NCBI RefSeq assembly: GCF_003324675.1 | Contig: NZ_CP030918.1 | Coordinates: 270,001 to 302,000, forward strand | Length of the DNA: 32,000 nt | DNA from: Paracoccus suum | Lineage (GTDB): Bacteria > Pseudomonadota > Alphaproteobacteria > Rhodobacterales > Rhodobacteraceae | Reading direction: 5' to 3' | Shown here: positions 8,380 to 18,314 of the stretch, piece by piece | Numbering within the stretch: the stretch's first letter is position 1 | Layout: every line of letters begins with the position of its first letter | Position numbers and translations under genes: made by a program | The notes under the pieces: generated by a model | What the model was told of the DNA's origin: nothing | Seen by the model: only the letters and a program-made list of their open reading frames with translations | Databases searched by the model: none

Positions 8380-9927
8380 ATGACGCCTACCCCTGCACAT
8401 CCGCGCCCGGTGATGCTGTGCATCCTCGATGGGTGGGGTATCGGGGCCATCCCCGAATACAGCGCCCCGGCGCAGGCCGACACGCCGGTCATGGACCGCC
8501 TGCTGGCGCAGGACCCGCATGCGACGCTCACGACCTTTGGTCCCGATGTCGGCCTGCCACGCGGGCAGATGGGCAACAGCGAGGTCGGGCATACCAATAT
8601 CGGCGCGGGGCGGGTGGTGGCGATGGACCTCGGCCAGATCGACCTGGCGCTGGAGGATGGCAGCTTCGCCGCCAACAGCGCGCTCGGCGCATTCGTCGCA
8701 GCGCTGAAGGCCTCGGGCGGGACGGCGCATCTGATGGGCGTCGCCTCGAACGGTGGGGTGCACGGCCACATCGCCCATCTGATTGGCGCGGCGCGAGCCA
8801 TCGTGGAGGCCGGCGTTCCGGTCATCATTCATGCCATCACCGATGGGCGCGACGTGCCGCCCTCGTCCGCGCTGGGCTTCGTGACCGAGCTTGCAGGCGC
8901 TTTGCCCGAGGGCGCCCGCATCGGCACCGTCATCGGCCGCTACTGGGCCATGGACCGCGACAACCGTTGGGAGCGGATCGCCCGCGCCACCGACGCCATC
9001 CTGCATGGCAAGGGCACGCCCGCGCCGGACGGTCCGACCGCGGTCGCGGATGCCCATGCCGCCGGTACCACAGACGAGTTCATCGAACCGGCCGTCATCG
9101 CCGGCTACACAGGGCCGCGCGACGGCGACGGCTTCTTCTGCCTAAATTTCCGGGCCGACCGGGCGCGCGAGATCATGGCCGCCCTCGCCGCACCGGATTT
9201 CACCGCCTTCGATCCTGGCCGCCGCCCGGCCTGGGCAGCGGTCATGGGAATGGCCGATTATTCCGCGCTGCATGACCTTTACATGAGCGCGATGTACCCC
9301 AAGCGGCAGATTACGAACACGCTCGGCGCCTGGGTCGCATCACACGGGTTGCGCCAGATCCGCATCGCCGAGACCGAGAAATATCCGCATGTCACTTTCT
9401 TCCTGAATGGCGGCCGCGAGGCGCCCGAGGTCGGCGAGGACCGCGTGATGCGCCCCTCCCCCAAGGTTGCGACCTATGACCTGGCGCCGGAGATGGCGGC
9501 AGAGGAGGTCACCGAGAGCGTGGTGGATGCCATCACGCAGGGCGATTACGATCTGATCGTGGTCAATTTCGCCAATCCCGACATGGTCGGCCATACCGGC
9601 AGCCTACCCGCGGCGATCCGCGCCTGCGCGGCGGTGGACAGCGGCCTTGGCCGGATCATCGCTGCGCTGGATGCGGCGCGCGGTGCGGCAGTGATCTGCG
9701 CCGATCACGGCAATTGCGAGTTGATGGTCGATCCCGCGACCGGCGGGCCGCACACCGCCCATACGCTGAACCCGGTGCCGGTGATCGTCCATGGCGGCCC
9801 GGCCGGGACGCACCTGCGCGATGGCCGGCTGGCCGACCTCGCGCCGACGGTGCTGGACCTGATGGGCCTTGCCCCGCCGCCCGAAATGACCGGCACCAGC
9901 CTGATCCAGCGTGAGGGCATGGCATGA
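8380..9927 (+). CDS. gpmI: 2,3-bisphosphoglycerate-independent phosphoglycerate mutase
   Basis: The track ORF starts at 8029, but its first 117 codons are Arg/Pro-rich junk. The family N-terminus begins at ATG 8380 (MTPTPAHPRPVMLCILDGWGIG). It carries MGNSEVGHTNIGAGR (nucleophile Ser) and the C-terminal ADHGNCE. Confidence 0.92.
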   Translation: MTPTPAHPRPVMLCILDGWGIGAIPEYSAPAQADTPVMDRLLAQDPHATLTTFGPDVGLPRGQMGNSEVGHTNIGAGRVVAMDLGQIDLALEDGSFAANSALGAFVAALKASGGTAHLMGVASNGGVHGHIAHLIGAARAIVEAGVPVIIHAITDGRDVPPSSALGFVTELAGALPEGARIGTVIGRYWAMDRDNRWERIARATDAILHGKGTPAPDGPTAVADAHAAGTTDEFIEPAVIAGYTGPRDGDGFFCLNFRADRAREIMAALAAPDFTAFDPGRRPAWAAVMGMADYSALHDLYMSAMYPKRQITNTLGAWVASHGLRQIRIAETEKYPHVTFFLNGGREAPEVGEDRVMRPSPKVATYDLAPEMAAEEVTESVVDAITQGDYDLIVVNFANPDMVGHTGSLPAAIRACAAVDSGLGRIIAALDAARGAAVICADHGNCELMVDPATGGPHTAHTLNPVPVIVHGGPAGTHLRDGRLADLAPTVLDLMGLAPPPEMTGTSLIQREGMA

Positions 9928-11228
9928 TCCGTCGCAGCCTTGCCATCTGCGCCGCGCTGCTGGTCGGCACACCCGTGCTCGCCGCGACCACTCCGGCCGA
10001 TGGCGCCGCGGCCGAGGCGGGGGCCGCTGCCAGCGCCCTGCGGGCGGCGACCGGCAAGCTGGACCAGGCGCTGAGCGCCGATGACCAGGTGGTGGCCCTC
10101 TCCGAGGTGATCCGCGCCTACGAGCAGGGCCAGGCTGCCCTGCGCCAGGGCCTGCGCCGCGCCTCGGCGCGCGAGGATCAGATCCGCGACGGCTTTGACG
10201 CGCGGCGGGGCGAGTTGTCGCGCATGCTGGCGGTGATGGCCGACCTCGGCCGCGCACCCGAGGCAACCTTGCTGCTGCACCCGCGCGGTCCAGAAGCGAC
10301 GGCCCGCGCTGGCATGGTCATGGCCAGCGTTGCCCCCGCCCTGCGGGCCGAGGCCGACGGGCTGCGCACAGACCTCGACGAGATCGCGACCATTCGCAAG
10401 GCGCAGGAGAATGCGGCCGAGACGCTCGCGTCGGGCCTTGGCCGGGTGCAAGAGGCGCGGCGCCTGCTCGCCTCGGCCGTGACCGATCGCTCGACCCTGC
10501 CCAAGCGGTTCCTAGATGATCCGGACGAGTTGAAGCAACTGGCTGCCTCGGCCGAGTCGCTGGACGCCTTTGCCAAGGGCGTCGCCGCGCTCGAGGCCGA
10601 TGTCGGCCCGCCCCTCTCCGACTTCGAGGGCGCGCAAGGCGGCCTGCCGCTGCCGGCCATCGGCCAGGTGCTGCGCGGCTATAACAAGCCCGACCGCGCC
10701 GGCGTGCGCCGTCCCGGGCTGGTGCTGGCGACCGCGCCGCGCGCACTGGTCACGACGCCTTGGGCCGCGACCATCCGATATCGCGGCCCGCTCCTCGATT
10801 ACGGCAACGTGATGATCCTCGAGCCCGCGCGGGGTTATCTGTTGGTCCTGGCAGGGATGGCCCAGGTGTTCGGCGAGACCGGCGATGTGCTGACCGCGGG
10901 CGAGCCTGTCGGCCTGATGGGCGGAGATGAAGGCACAGGCCCCGAGTTCGGAATCAATTTTGTCGTCGATGCCGCGCATGGCACGAATGCAACTTCCGGC
11001 GAGAGCCTGTATATCGAGCTTCGCAAGGATAAGAACACGCTCGATCCTGCCGACTGGTTCGTGACGGATCCAGCCGTCGTGGCGCAGGTCGCGGCGGCAG
11101 GCGCGAACGGGGAAGAGACAACCGAGGAAGGTTCGGACAGCGGCCAGGATGGACCTGTCGCGGCCGAGGACACCACAACGGACGCTACCGCTGTCGGCGG
11201 CGCCGAGGACAACGGGACGGACGAATGA
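9924..11228 (+). CDS. envC: EnvC-like murein hydrolase activator (M23/LytM-domain protein, catalytically degenerate)
   Basis: It has a Sec signal (MIRRSLAICAALLVGTPVLA) and a long Ala/Leu/Arg/Glu-rich coiled-coil-like region. The C-terminal LytM-like fold reads ...RRPGLVLATAP...GNVMILEPARGYLLVLAGM...GEPVGLMG...LYIELRKD... and lacks the HxxxD and HxH metal ligands. It overlaps the gpmI stop by ATGA, and the gpmI-envC order is conserved. Confidence 0.8.
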   Translation: MIRRSLAICAALLVGTPVLAATTPADGAAAEAGAAASALRAATGKLDQALSADDQVVALSEVIRAYEQGQAALRQGLRRASAREDQIRDGFDARRGELSRMLAVMADLGRAPEATLLLHPRGPEATARAGMVMASVAPALRAEADGLRTDLDEIATIRKAQENAAETLASGLGRVQEARRLLASAVTDRSTLPKRFLDDPDELKQLAASAESLDAFAKGVAALEADVGPPLSDFEGAQGGLPLPAIGQVLRGYNKPDRAGVRRPGLVLATAPRALVTTPWAATIRYRGPLLDYGNVMILEPARGYLLVLAGMAQVFGETGDVLTAGEPVGLMGGDEGTGPEFGINFVVDAAHGTNATSGESLYIELRKDKNTLDPADWFVTDPAVVAQVAAAGANGEETTEEGSDSGQDGPVAAEDTTTDATAVGGAEDNGTDE

Positions 11229-12841
11229 AGAATTACCTTCTCGCCGGCATCGGCGGCACGCTGGCGGGCATCCTCGTCACCACGCAGCTCGCTGGGCCCT
11301 TGCTGGCCCAGGACGCCAACAAGAGCGCTACGGTCTATGAACAGCTCGACCTGTTCGGTAACATCTTCGAGACCGTGCGCGAGAAATACGTCCAGCAGAC
11401 CGACGACAAGAAGCTGATCGAGGCAGCCATCAACGGCATGCTGACCTCGCTCGATCCGCATTCGTCGTTCCTGTCCAAGGACGATTACGCCGACATGCAG
11501 ACCCAGACCCGCGGCAGCTTTGGCGGCCTCGGCATCGAGGTCGGGATGGAGGACAGCCTGATCAAGGTGATCTCTCCCATCGACGGCACCCCCGCCGCCG
11601 AAGCAGGCGTCGAGGCCGGCGATTTCATCACCCATGTCAACGGTGAGAGCCTGATGGGGCTGGGTCTGGACGAGGCCGTCGACAAGATGCGCGGCCCGGT
11701 CGGGTCGGACATCACGATCACCATCTTGCGCAAGGGCGAGAAAGAACCGTTCGACCTGACGATGACGCGCGACACGATCAAACTGACGGTGGTCAAGACG
11801 CGCGTCGCCGGACATGCGGTCGTGCTGCGCGTCAGCACGTTCAACGACGAGACCTATGACACCCTCAAGACCGAATTGGAAAAAGCGGTCAAGGAGGCAG
11901 GTGGAATCGACAAGGTGACTGGCTTTGTCCTCGATCTGCGCAACAACCCTGGCGGCCTGCTCGATCAGGCGATCAAGGTAAGCGACGCGTTCCTGGATCG
12001 GGGCGAGATCGTCTCGACCCGCGGGCGCCTGCCCGAAGATACCGAGCGCTGGAACGCAGAGCCGGGCGATCTGGCCCAGCACAAGCCGATGGTTGTGCTG
12101 ATCAACGGCGGCTCGGCCTCGGCCTCGGAAATCGTCGCAGGTGCGCTGCAGGACCAGCGACGCGCCATTGCCGTGGGCGAGCGCAGCTTTGGCAAGGGCA
12201 GCGTGCAGACGGTCATGCCAGTGACCAGCGATAGCGCCATCCGCCTGACCACGGCGCGTTATTACACGCCGTCGGGCCGCTCGATTCAGGCGCTGGGCAT
12301 CAGCCCCGACATCGTCGTGGCCCAGCCGCGGCCGCCGACCGATCAGGTCGCGGGCGTGGATGGCGAGACGGGCGCGGAGGACGCGAACAAGCCGCGCAGC
12401 GCCTCACGCTTTGACCGCTCGGAAGCCGACTTGCGCGGCGCGCTGAACAACGACGCGATCAGCGACGAAGAGAAAAAGCAGATCGAGGCCGAGATGGTCG
12501 ACGCCGAGGCGACCGCCAAGCTGCGCGAAGAGGATTATCAGCTGGCCTATGCGGTCGATATCCTCAAGGGCCTGTCGGCGGTTGCGCATGAGGCCGGCCA
12601 GGTTCCCGCCGAGGCCAAGCCGGCGGTGACTGGCGCGGGCAGCGGCACCCCCGGCGCCCCCGCCGGCGGCCCAGCGACGCCCGATCCTGCGAGCGTTCCC
12701 GGCGCCAGCAACGCGCCTGCCCCTGCAGCCCCGGCTCCAGCGGCTGCCCCCGCCGCGACCGCTCCCGCCGCCCATCCTCCGGCCGAACGGCCGGCGGACC
12801 GCCCGGCCACCCCCGCGCCAGCAACCGCGCCCAAGCCGTGA
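11225..12841 (+). CDS. ctpA: Carboxy-terminal processing protease (S41 family) with a Pro/Ala-rich C-terminal tail
   Basis: It has an N-terminal anchor ([19 protein letters not shown]) and a PDZ region ([28 protein letters not shown]). The S41 core reads [20 protein letters not shown]...FGKGSVQT. It overlaps the envC stop by ATGA. Confidence 0.9.
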   Translation: MKNYLLAGIGGTLAGILVTTQLAGPLLAQDANKSATVYEQLDLFGNIFETVREKYVQQTDDKKLIEAAINGMLTSLDPHSSFLSKDDYADMQTQTRGSFGGLGIEVGMEDSLIKVISPIDGTPAAEAGVEAGDFITHVNGESLMGLGLDEAVDKMRGPVGSDITITILRKGEKEPFDLTMTRDTIKLTVVKTRVAGHAVVLRVSTFNDETYDTLKTELEKAVKEAGGIDKVTGFVLDLRNNPGGLLDQAIKVSDAFLDRGEIVSTRGRLPEDTERWNAEPGDLAQHKPMVVLINGGSASASEIVAGALQDQRRAIAVGERSFGKGSVQTVMPVTSDSAIRLTTARYYTPSGRSIQALGISPDIVVAQPRPPTDQVAGVDGETGAEDANKPRSASRFDRSEADLRGALNNDAISDEEKKQIEAEMVDAEATAKLREEDYQLAYAVDILKGLSAVAHEAGQVPAEAKPAVTGAGSGTPGAPAGGPATPDPASVPGASNAPAPAAPAPAAAPAATAPAAHPPAERPADRPATPAPATAPKP

Positions 12842-13410
12842 CCAAGGGTCAGGCCGGCCCGAAAGGCGCGGGCAAGGCGTCCGGGGAAGTCCCCGGCGCC
12901 GATCAAGGCACGCCGGATGAAATGCCGCAGGGCACCGGCGCGATGGGACTGCCCTATCGCGCCTGCGCTGGCGTCGTCCTGGCGGACAGCGGGGGCCGGG
13001 TCTTCGCCGGCCGTCGCCGCGACAACCCGGGCGCCGCCTGGCAGATGCCTCAGGGCGGCATCGACACGGGCGAGACCCCGCGCGAAGCTGCCCTGCGCGA
13101 GCTAAGCGAGGAAACCGGTCTCGCCGCCGACCTGGTGACCGTCGAGGCCGAGGTCCCGGGCTGGCTGACCTATGACCTGCCGCCAGAATTGCTGGGCAAG
13201 GTCTGGAAGGGCCGGTATTGCGGCCAGCGCCAACGCTGGTTCCTGCTGCGCTATCACGGCACCGACGCCGATGTGCACATCGACACCGCGCATCCAGAGT
13301 TCGACCGCTGGCAATGGATGACCCCGGACGAAATTCTCGCCAGCATCGTGCCGTTCAAGCGCGAGGTTTATGCCCAGGTGTTTGCAGCCTTCCGCGACCG
13401 GCTGGCCTGA
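12838..13410 (+). CDS. rppH: RNA pyrophosphohydrolase (NUDIX)
   Basis: The Nudix box is [23 protein letters not shown], with family-typical ...YRACAGVVL... and ...QRQRWFLL.... GTG 12838 forms a GTGA overlap with the ctpA stop. The true start may be one of the internal ATGs ([13 protein letters not shown]), so the 5' end is uncertain. Confidence 0.85.
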   Translation: MTKGQAGPKGAGKASGEVPGADQGTPDEMPQGTGAMGLPYRACAGVVLADSGGRVFAGRRRDNPGAAWQMPQGGIDTGETPREAALRELSEETGLAADLVTVEAEVPGWLTYDLPPELLGKVWKGRYCGQRQRWFLLRYHGTDADVHIDTAHPEFDRWQWMTPDEILASIVPFKREVYAQVFAAFRDRLA

Positions 13411-13462
13411 CCGTCGCCTCGCTGCGGGTCAAAGATGGAAACCCACCTGAACCGCTGCACGA

Positions 13463-14293
13463 TCAGATATCTTCCTGCGGCACCCAGGCGTCGATGATGG
13501 CGACCGCCTCGTCCGCAGTGTCGACATACCTGATCAGGTCCAGATCCTCGGCCGAGATCGTGCCGGCCTCCACCAGCCCCTGCCAGCTCACAATCGCCTC
13601 CCAGAACTCGCGCCCGAACAGCAACACCGGCATGCGCTTCATGCGGCGCGTCTGGATCAGGGTCAGTGTCTCGAACAACTCGTCCAGCGTGCCGAAGCCG
13701 CCGGGGAACACCGTGACTGCCCGCGCGCGCATCAGGAAATGCATCTTGCGGATCGCGAAGTAATGGAAGTTGAAGCAGAGGTCCGGCGTCACGTAAAGGT
13801 TCGGAGCCTGCTCATGCGGTAGCACGATCGACAGGCCGATGGATTTCCCGCCCGCATCCTGCGCGCCCTTGTTTCCAGCCTCCATCACGCCGGGACCGCC
13901 CCCGGTGCAGATCACGAAGTCGCGTCCGCCGCTGGCAATGCTGCGCTCGGTCATCAAGCGGGCGAACTGCTCGGCCTCGGTATAGTAGTGGCTGAGGTCC
14001 GCCAGCATCGGAGTGGCCGCGCGGGCGCGGTCCTGCGGCGCGGGGATGCGCGCGCCGCCGAACATCACCACGGTCGAGACGATGCCATGCTCGTCCAAGA
14101 TCATCTGCGTCTTCAGCAACTCGAGCTGCAGGCGAACCGGCCGCAGTTCCTCGCGCAGGAGGAAATCGATGTCGGTAAAGGCAAGGCGATTGGTGGGCGA
14201 CAGGCTTTGCGGCGTGCTCGGCTCGGCCTCGGCGGCCGCAACGTCCTGGCGGCTGTCGCGAAAGACGTCCTCGTGCGCCTCGTCGTCCATCAT
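13463..14293 (-). CDS. LOG / TIGR00730-family Rossmann-fold nucleotide-binding protein (lysine-decarboxylase-like)
   Basis: Motifs GGGPGVMEAGNKGA and PGGFGTLDELFE are present. I start at ATG 14293 (MMDDEAHEDVF) rather than the track start at 14365, which would run into the dapD upstream region. Confidence 0.8.
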   Translation of the reverse strand: MMDDEAHEDVFRDSRQDVAAAEAEPSTPQSLSPTNRLAFTDIDFLLREELRPVRLQLELLKTQMILDEHGIVSTVVMFGGARIPAPQDRARAATPMLADLSHYYTEAEQFARLMTERSIASGGRDFVICTGGGPGVMEAGNKGAQDAGGKSIGLSIVLPHEQAPNLYVTPDLCFNFHYFAIRKMHFLMRARAVTVFPGGFGTLDELFETLTLIQTRRMKRMPVLLFGREFWEAIVSWQGLVEAGTISAEDLDLIRYVDTADEAVAIIDAWVPQEDI

Positions 14294-14385
14294 GCTGACA
14301 TCCTCGCTGCCCCGTTGCACCGCACCGGCCCGGCATATAGGCGAAAGGCTGAATGTTCCACCCATCGCCCGCCGCAGGAGGCCCC

Positions 14386-15231
14386 ATGTCCATCCCCCTC
14401 ACCGCAGACGAAAAAGCCAACCTCGAGGCCGCGGTCGAGGCCGCATGGGAGGGGCGCGACGCGATCAACCCCGCCACCCGCGGTCCGGCGCGGGAGGCCA
14501 TCGAGGAGACGCTCAGCGCGCTAGACGCGGGCAAGTTGCGCGTCGCCGAAAAGCGCGGGCAGGACTACCACGTGAACCAATGGGCCAAGAAAGCTGTCCT
14601 GCTGGGCTTTCGCCTCAAGGACATGGAGATTTTCAGCGGCGCCCCCCAAGGTGGAACCTGGTGGGACAAGATCGACAACAAGTTCAAGGACTGGGGCGAC
14701 AACCAGTGGCGCGACGCGGGCTTTCGCGCCGTGCCGCCTGCCGTGGTCCGCTATAGCGCGCATATCGCCAAGGGCGTCGTCCTGATGCCGTCCTTCGTGA
14801 ACATCGGCGCCTTCGTTGACGAAGGGACGATGATCGACACCTGGGCCACGGTCGGCAGCTGCGCCCAGATCGGCAAGCGCGTCCACCTGTCGGGGGGCGT
14901 TGGCATCGGCGGCGTGCTGGAGCCGATGCAGGCCGGCCCGACCATCATCGAGGACGACTGCTTCATCGGCGCCCGCAGCGAGGTGGTCGAGGGCTGCATC
15001 GTGCGCGAGGGCAGCGTCCTCGGGATGGGCGTCTTCATCGGCAAGTCGACCAAGATCGTCGACCGCGCGACCGGCAACGTCACCTACGGCGAGGTGCCGG
15101 CCGGATCGGTCGTCGTCGCCGGCTCGATGCCCTCCTCGGGCGGGGTAAATCTTTATTGCGCCGTGATCGTCAAGCGGGTGGACGCGCAGACCCGGTCCAA
15201 GACCAGCATCAACGAACTGCTGCGGGACTGA
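14386..15231 (+). CDS. dapD: 2,3,4,5-tetrahydropyridine-2,6-dicarboxylate N-succinyltransferase
   Basis: [25 protein letters not shown]... is followed by left-handed beta-helix hexapeptide repeats ([47 protein letters not shown]). AGGAGG lies 4 nt upstream of ATG 14386, while the track start at 14353 has no such site. Confidence 0.92.
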   Translation: MSIPLTADEKANLEAAVEAAWEGRDAINPATRGPAREAIEETLSALDAGKLRVAEKRGQDYHVNQWAKKAVLLGFRLKDMEIFSGAPQGGTWWDKIDNKFKDWGDNQWRDAGFRAVPPAVVRYSAHIAKGVVLMPSFVNIGAFVDEGTMIDTWATVGSCAQIGKRVHLSGGVGIGGVLEPMQAGPTIIEDDCFIGARSEVVEGCIVREGSVLGMGVFIGKSTKIVDRATGNVTYGEVPAGSVVVAGSMPSSGGVNLYCAVIVKRVDAQTRSKTSINELLRD

Positions 15232-15255
15232 GTGGCCCGCGTCCAGGTGACCGTC

Positions 15256-15783
15256 CTAAACGCGGCCGGCCACCTTGGCGAACCGGTCCAGAAACTCCGC
15301 GATCCGCGCCGCCTCTGCTGGCCGGGCGAGGGTCTCGGCAATTTCGGCCGGCGCCAGCTTCATCAGGCTGAACCGCAAGAAGGTGTCCGGCTGGAACCCG
15401 TCGCTGATCGTGCCCAGCACGAGGCGCAACTGCGCAAGCAAGTCTTCGCCCCGATGCGAGGCATGTAACAACGCGATCGGTTTGCCGATAACCGCACCGC
15501 CGCCCACGAGCCAGTCGATGGCATTCTTCAACCCGCCCGGGATGGCATGGGCGTATTCCGGGCTGGCCACCAGGATGCCATCGCAGGCCGCGACGCGGTC
15601 GGTGAAGGCGCTGATGGCGGCTGGAAGATCGGCCTCGATGTCGGGCGAGAACACCGGCAGGCGGTGGACATCGGCGAACACATCGACAGACCAACCGGGC
15701 GGTGCAGCCGCCGCCACCGCACGCAGCATGGCGGTGTTGGTCGAGGCCGTCCGCGCACTGCCGGACAGGGCCAGGACCTGCAC
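15256..15783 (-). CDS. NAD(P)H-dependent FMN reductase family oxidoreductase
   Basis: It reads VQVLALSGSARTASTNTAML...CDGILVASPEYAHAIPGGLKNAIDWL (flavodoxin-like FMN reductase signature). I start at GTG 15783, 5 nt after the mog stop. The track start at 15864 would overlap mog by 76 nt, so the 5' end is uncertain. Confidence 0.75.
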   Translation of the reverse strand: MQVLALSGSARTASTNTAMLRAVAAAAPPGWSVDVFADVHRLPVFSPDIEADLPAAISAFTDRVAACDGILVASPEYAHAIPGGLKNAIDWLVGGGAVIGKPIALLHASHRGEDLLAQLRLVLGTISDGFQPDTFLRFSLMKLAPAEIAETLARPAEAARIAEFLDRFAKVAGRV

Positions 15784-15788
15784 TGTCC

Positions 15789-16328
15789 TCAGGCCTTGGG
15801 TCGGAAGGCCGCGATGATGTCGGGATCCGTCTCGATCCGCGCAGCGCCCATAAGATCGAGGCAATAGGGCACAGCCGCGAAGACCGCCGAGAGGCAGGTG
15901 TCGATTGCGGCGGGCTTGCCGGGCAGCGTGATAATGAGGCTCTTGTGACGGATCGCGGCGGTCTGGCGCGAGAGGATCGCGGTGGGCACCTCGCGCAGGC
16001 TTGCCCGGCGCATTTCCTCGCCAAAGCCTTCCAGTTCCTTTTCCATCACGTCGGCGACCGCCTCGGGGGTCAGATCGCGCGGCGCGGGGCCAGTCCCGCC
16101 GGTCACCAGAACCAGGTCCGCGCCGTCGTCATCGGCCAGCCGGCGCAGCATCTCGGCCACGATCTCACGACCGTCCGGAACGATATGGCGCGCGACTTCG
16201 ATCGGCGAGGTAATGGTCCGGCGGACCCAATCCTCGATCGCGGGGCCGGATTTGTCGGTATATTCGCCACTGCTCGCGCGATCCGAGACGGTAACGATGG
16301 CGATGCGGGCGGTTGTGCGCTGGGTCAT
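15789..16328 (-). CDS. mog: Molybdopterin adenylyltransferase (Mog/MoaB family)
   Basis: 179-aa ORF containing ARIAIVTVSDRASSGEYTDKSGPAI, LVLVTGGTGPAPRDLTPEA and IITLPGKPAA. Confidence 0.88.
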   Translation of the reverse strand: MTQRTTARIAIVTVSDRASSGEYTDKSGPAIEDWVRRTITSPIEVARHIVPDGREIVAEMLRRLADDDGADLVLVTGGTGPAPRDLTPEAVADVMEKELEGFGEEMRRASLREVPTAILSRQTAAIRHKSLIITLPGKPAAIDTCLSAVFAAVPYCLDLMGAARIETDPDIIAAFRPKA

Positions 16329-16374
16329 GCGGTCAAGATGTCAGCACAGCGCGACAATGGAAAGCTGATGATCC

Positions 16375-16854
16375 TCACCCCCGCCGCGCCGCCTCGATTT
16401 TGGCGACATCGATCTTTTTCATGTCCATCATCGCCGTAAACGCCCGCTTCGCCTCTTCCCCGCCGGCGCTCATCGCCTCGGTCAGCGTACGCGGCGTGAT
16501 CTGCCACGAGACGCCCCAGCGGTCCTTGCACCAACCGCAGGCGCTCTCTTGCCCGCCATTGCCCACGATGGCGTTCCAGTAGCGGTCGGTCTCGGCCTGA
16601 TCTTCGGTGGCGATCTGGAACGAGAAGGCTTCGCTTTGCTTGAACGCGGTGCCGCCGTTCAGCCCAATGCAGGGGATGCCGGCGACGGTGAAATCTACCG
16701 TCAGCACATCGCCCGCCTTGCCTGACGGATAGTCGGCGGGCGCACGCTGAAAGCCGGTGACAGCGCTGTCCGGAAAGGTCGCGGCATAAAAGCGCGCAGC
16801 CGCCTCGGCTTCCTTTTCGAACCAGAGGCAGATCGTGTTTTTCGCAATTGCCAT
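16375..16854 (-). CDS. VOC-superfamily protein (PhnB / 3-demethylubiquinone-9 3-methyltransferase-domain type)
   Basis: 159-aa ORF with MAIAKNTICLWFEKEAEAAARFY and CGWCKDRWGVSWQI, which are characteristic of this small glyoxalase-fold family. Confidence 0.75.
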   Translation of the reverse strand: MAIAKNTICLWFEKEAEAAARFYAATFPDSAVTGFQRAPADYPSGKAGDVLTVDFTVAGIPCIGLNGGTAFKQSEAFSFQIATEDQAETDRYWNAIVGNGGQESACGWCKDRWGVSWQITPRTLTEAMSAGGEEAKRAFTAMMDMKKIDVAKIEAARRG

Positions 16855-16961
16855 GTTCAGCGCCCTCCCGAAAGCTCGGCTGGCGCGGGAACGCGCAACA
16901 GTGTGCGGATGTTCCGCGCTGGCGGGACCGATGAGCGGGGACGCCGCCCATCGCTGGGCGC

Positions 16962-18194
16962 TTAGCGGAAGCGGGCGTTGCGGTTGCCGATCAGCTTCAG
17001 GCGCAGGGCATTCAGCTTGATAAAGCCAGCCGCGTCCTTCTGGTCATAGGCGCCGGCGTCCTCCTCGAAGGTCACATGCGCCTCGCTGTAAAGGCTGTGG
17101 TCCGACCAGCGGCCGACGCAGGTGGCGAGGCCCTTGTAGAGCTTCAGCCGGACGGTGCCGGTCACATGCTCCTGACTCTTGTCGATCAGCGCCTGCAGCA
17201 TTTCGCGCTCGGGGCTGAACCAGAAGCCGTTGTAAATCAACTCGGCATAGCGCGGCATCAGGCTGTCCTTCAGGTGGCCGCTGCCACTATCGAGCGTGAT
17301 CTGTTCGATCCCGCGATGCGCCTCCAGCAGGATGGTGCCGCCGGGCGTCTCGTAGATGCCGCGCGATTTCATCCCGACAAAGCGGTTCTCGACGAAATCG
17401 AGCCGGCCGATGCCATGCTTGCCGCCCAGCTCGTTCAAGCGCGTCAGGACGGTCGCCGGCGACAGTGCCTCGCCGTTGATCGACACCGCATCGCCGCGCT
17501 CGAAACCGATCTCGATGAACTCGGGCGTATCGGGGGCGTCCTCCGGGTTCACGGTGCGCTGATAGACATAGTCCGGCGCGGCTTCGGCCGGGTTCTCCAG
17601 CGCCTTGCCCTCGGACGAGGTGTGCAGCAGGTTCGCATCGACGCTGAACGGCGAGTCGCCGCGCTTGTCCTTGGCGATCGGGATCTGGTTCGCCTCGGCA
17701 AATTCGATCAGCTTGGTGCGGCTGGTCAGGTCCCACAGCCGCCACGGCGCGATCACCTTGATCGACGGGTCGAGCGCATAGGCGCTGAGCTCGAACCGCA
17801 CCTGGTCGTTGCCCTTGCCGGTCGCGCCGTGCGCCACCGCGTCCGCGCCGTGCTGGTGAGCCAGTTCGACCAGCCGCTTGGCGATCAGCGGACGGGCGAT
17901 CGAGGTGCCAAGCAGATACAACCCCTCGTAAAGGGCATTGGCGCGGAACATCGGATAGACAAAATCGCGCACAAATTCTTCGCGCAGATCCTCGATGTGA
18001 ATGTTCTCGGGCGCGATACCCAGCAGTTCGGCCTTGGCGCGCGCAGGCTCCAGTTCTTCGCCCTGGCCCAGATCGGCGGTGAAGGTGATGACCTCGCAGC
18101 CGTATTCGGTCTGCAACCATTTGAGAATGATCGAGGTATCCAGACCGCCCGAATAGGCGAGAACCACTTTCTTCGGCGCGTTTTCCTGCGGCAT
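16962..18194 (-). CDS. argG: Argininosuccinate synthase
   Basis: I start at ATG 18194 ([21 protein letters not shown], the ATP-pyrophosphatase motif). The ORF also contains [35 protein letters not shown] and [25 protein letters not shown]. Confidence 0.95.
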   Translation of the reverse strand: MPQENAPKKVVLAYSGGLDTSIILKWLQTEYGCEVITFTADLGQGEELEPARAKAELLGIAPENIHIEDLREEFVRDFVYPMFRANALYEGLYLLGTSIARPLIAKRLVELAHQHGADAVAHGATGKGNDQVRFELSAYALDPSIKVIAPWRLWDLTSRTKLIEFAEANQIPIAKDKRGDSPFSVDANLLHTSSEGKALENPAEAAPDYVYQRTVNPEDAPDTPEFIEIGFERGDAVSINGEALSPATVLTRLNELGGKHGIGRLDFVENRFVGMKSRGIYETPGGTILLEAHRGIEQITLDSGSGHLKDSLMPRYAELIYNGFWFSPEREMLQALIDKSQEHVTGTVRLKLYKGLATCVGRWSDHSLYSEAHVTFEEDAGAYDQKDAAGFIKLNALRLKLIGNRNARFR

Positions 18195-18314
18195 CTGCCA
18201 GATATCCCCTCGTGAAATGATGCGCCGGCATAGGCCGAAACGGCGCACCCGACAAGGTTCGAGGGGTCGGGCCGGCCCACGGTCCCGACTGCCATTAACA
18301 TCGCCTTCAGACCA

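Noticed and set aside
10835-12082. 415-aa minus-strand ORF
   Set aside because: It is antisense to the envC 3' end and ctpA, both of which have strong family motifs on the plus strand. It has no motifs of its own.
12595-12838. Repetitive GC-rich DNA (recurrent GCCCC/GCGCC/CCGGC units) that looks like a tandem-repeat array
   Set aside because: It is in-frame coding sequence for the Pro/Ala-rich tail of CtpA. There is no regular repeat-spacer periodicity, so it is neither CRISPR nor a satellite.
15235-15270. Imperfect hairpin (GGCCCGCGT...ACGCGGCC) in the convergent dapD/FMN-reductase gap, as a possible terminator
   Set aside because: The stem has a bulge, there is no U-tract, and it overlaps the 3' end of the reductase CDS. 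This is too weak to call.
17076-18215. 379-aa plus-strand ORF
   Set aside because: It is antisense to argG. The argG frame is unambiguous (AYSGGLDTS and other motifs).
18295-18309. TTAA-N7-TTCA, resembling a CtrA box (TTAA-N7-TTAA), just upstream of the REC-PP2C ORF
   Set aside because: Only one half-site is perfect. It ends 6 nt before the candidate ATG, an odd place for an activator box, and a single occurrence of a 4-mer pair is weak evidence.
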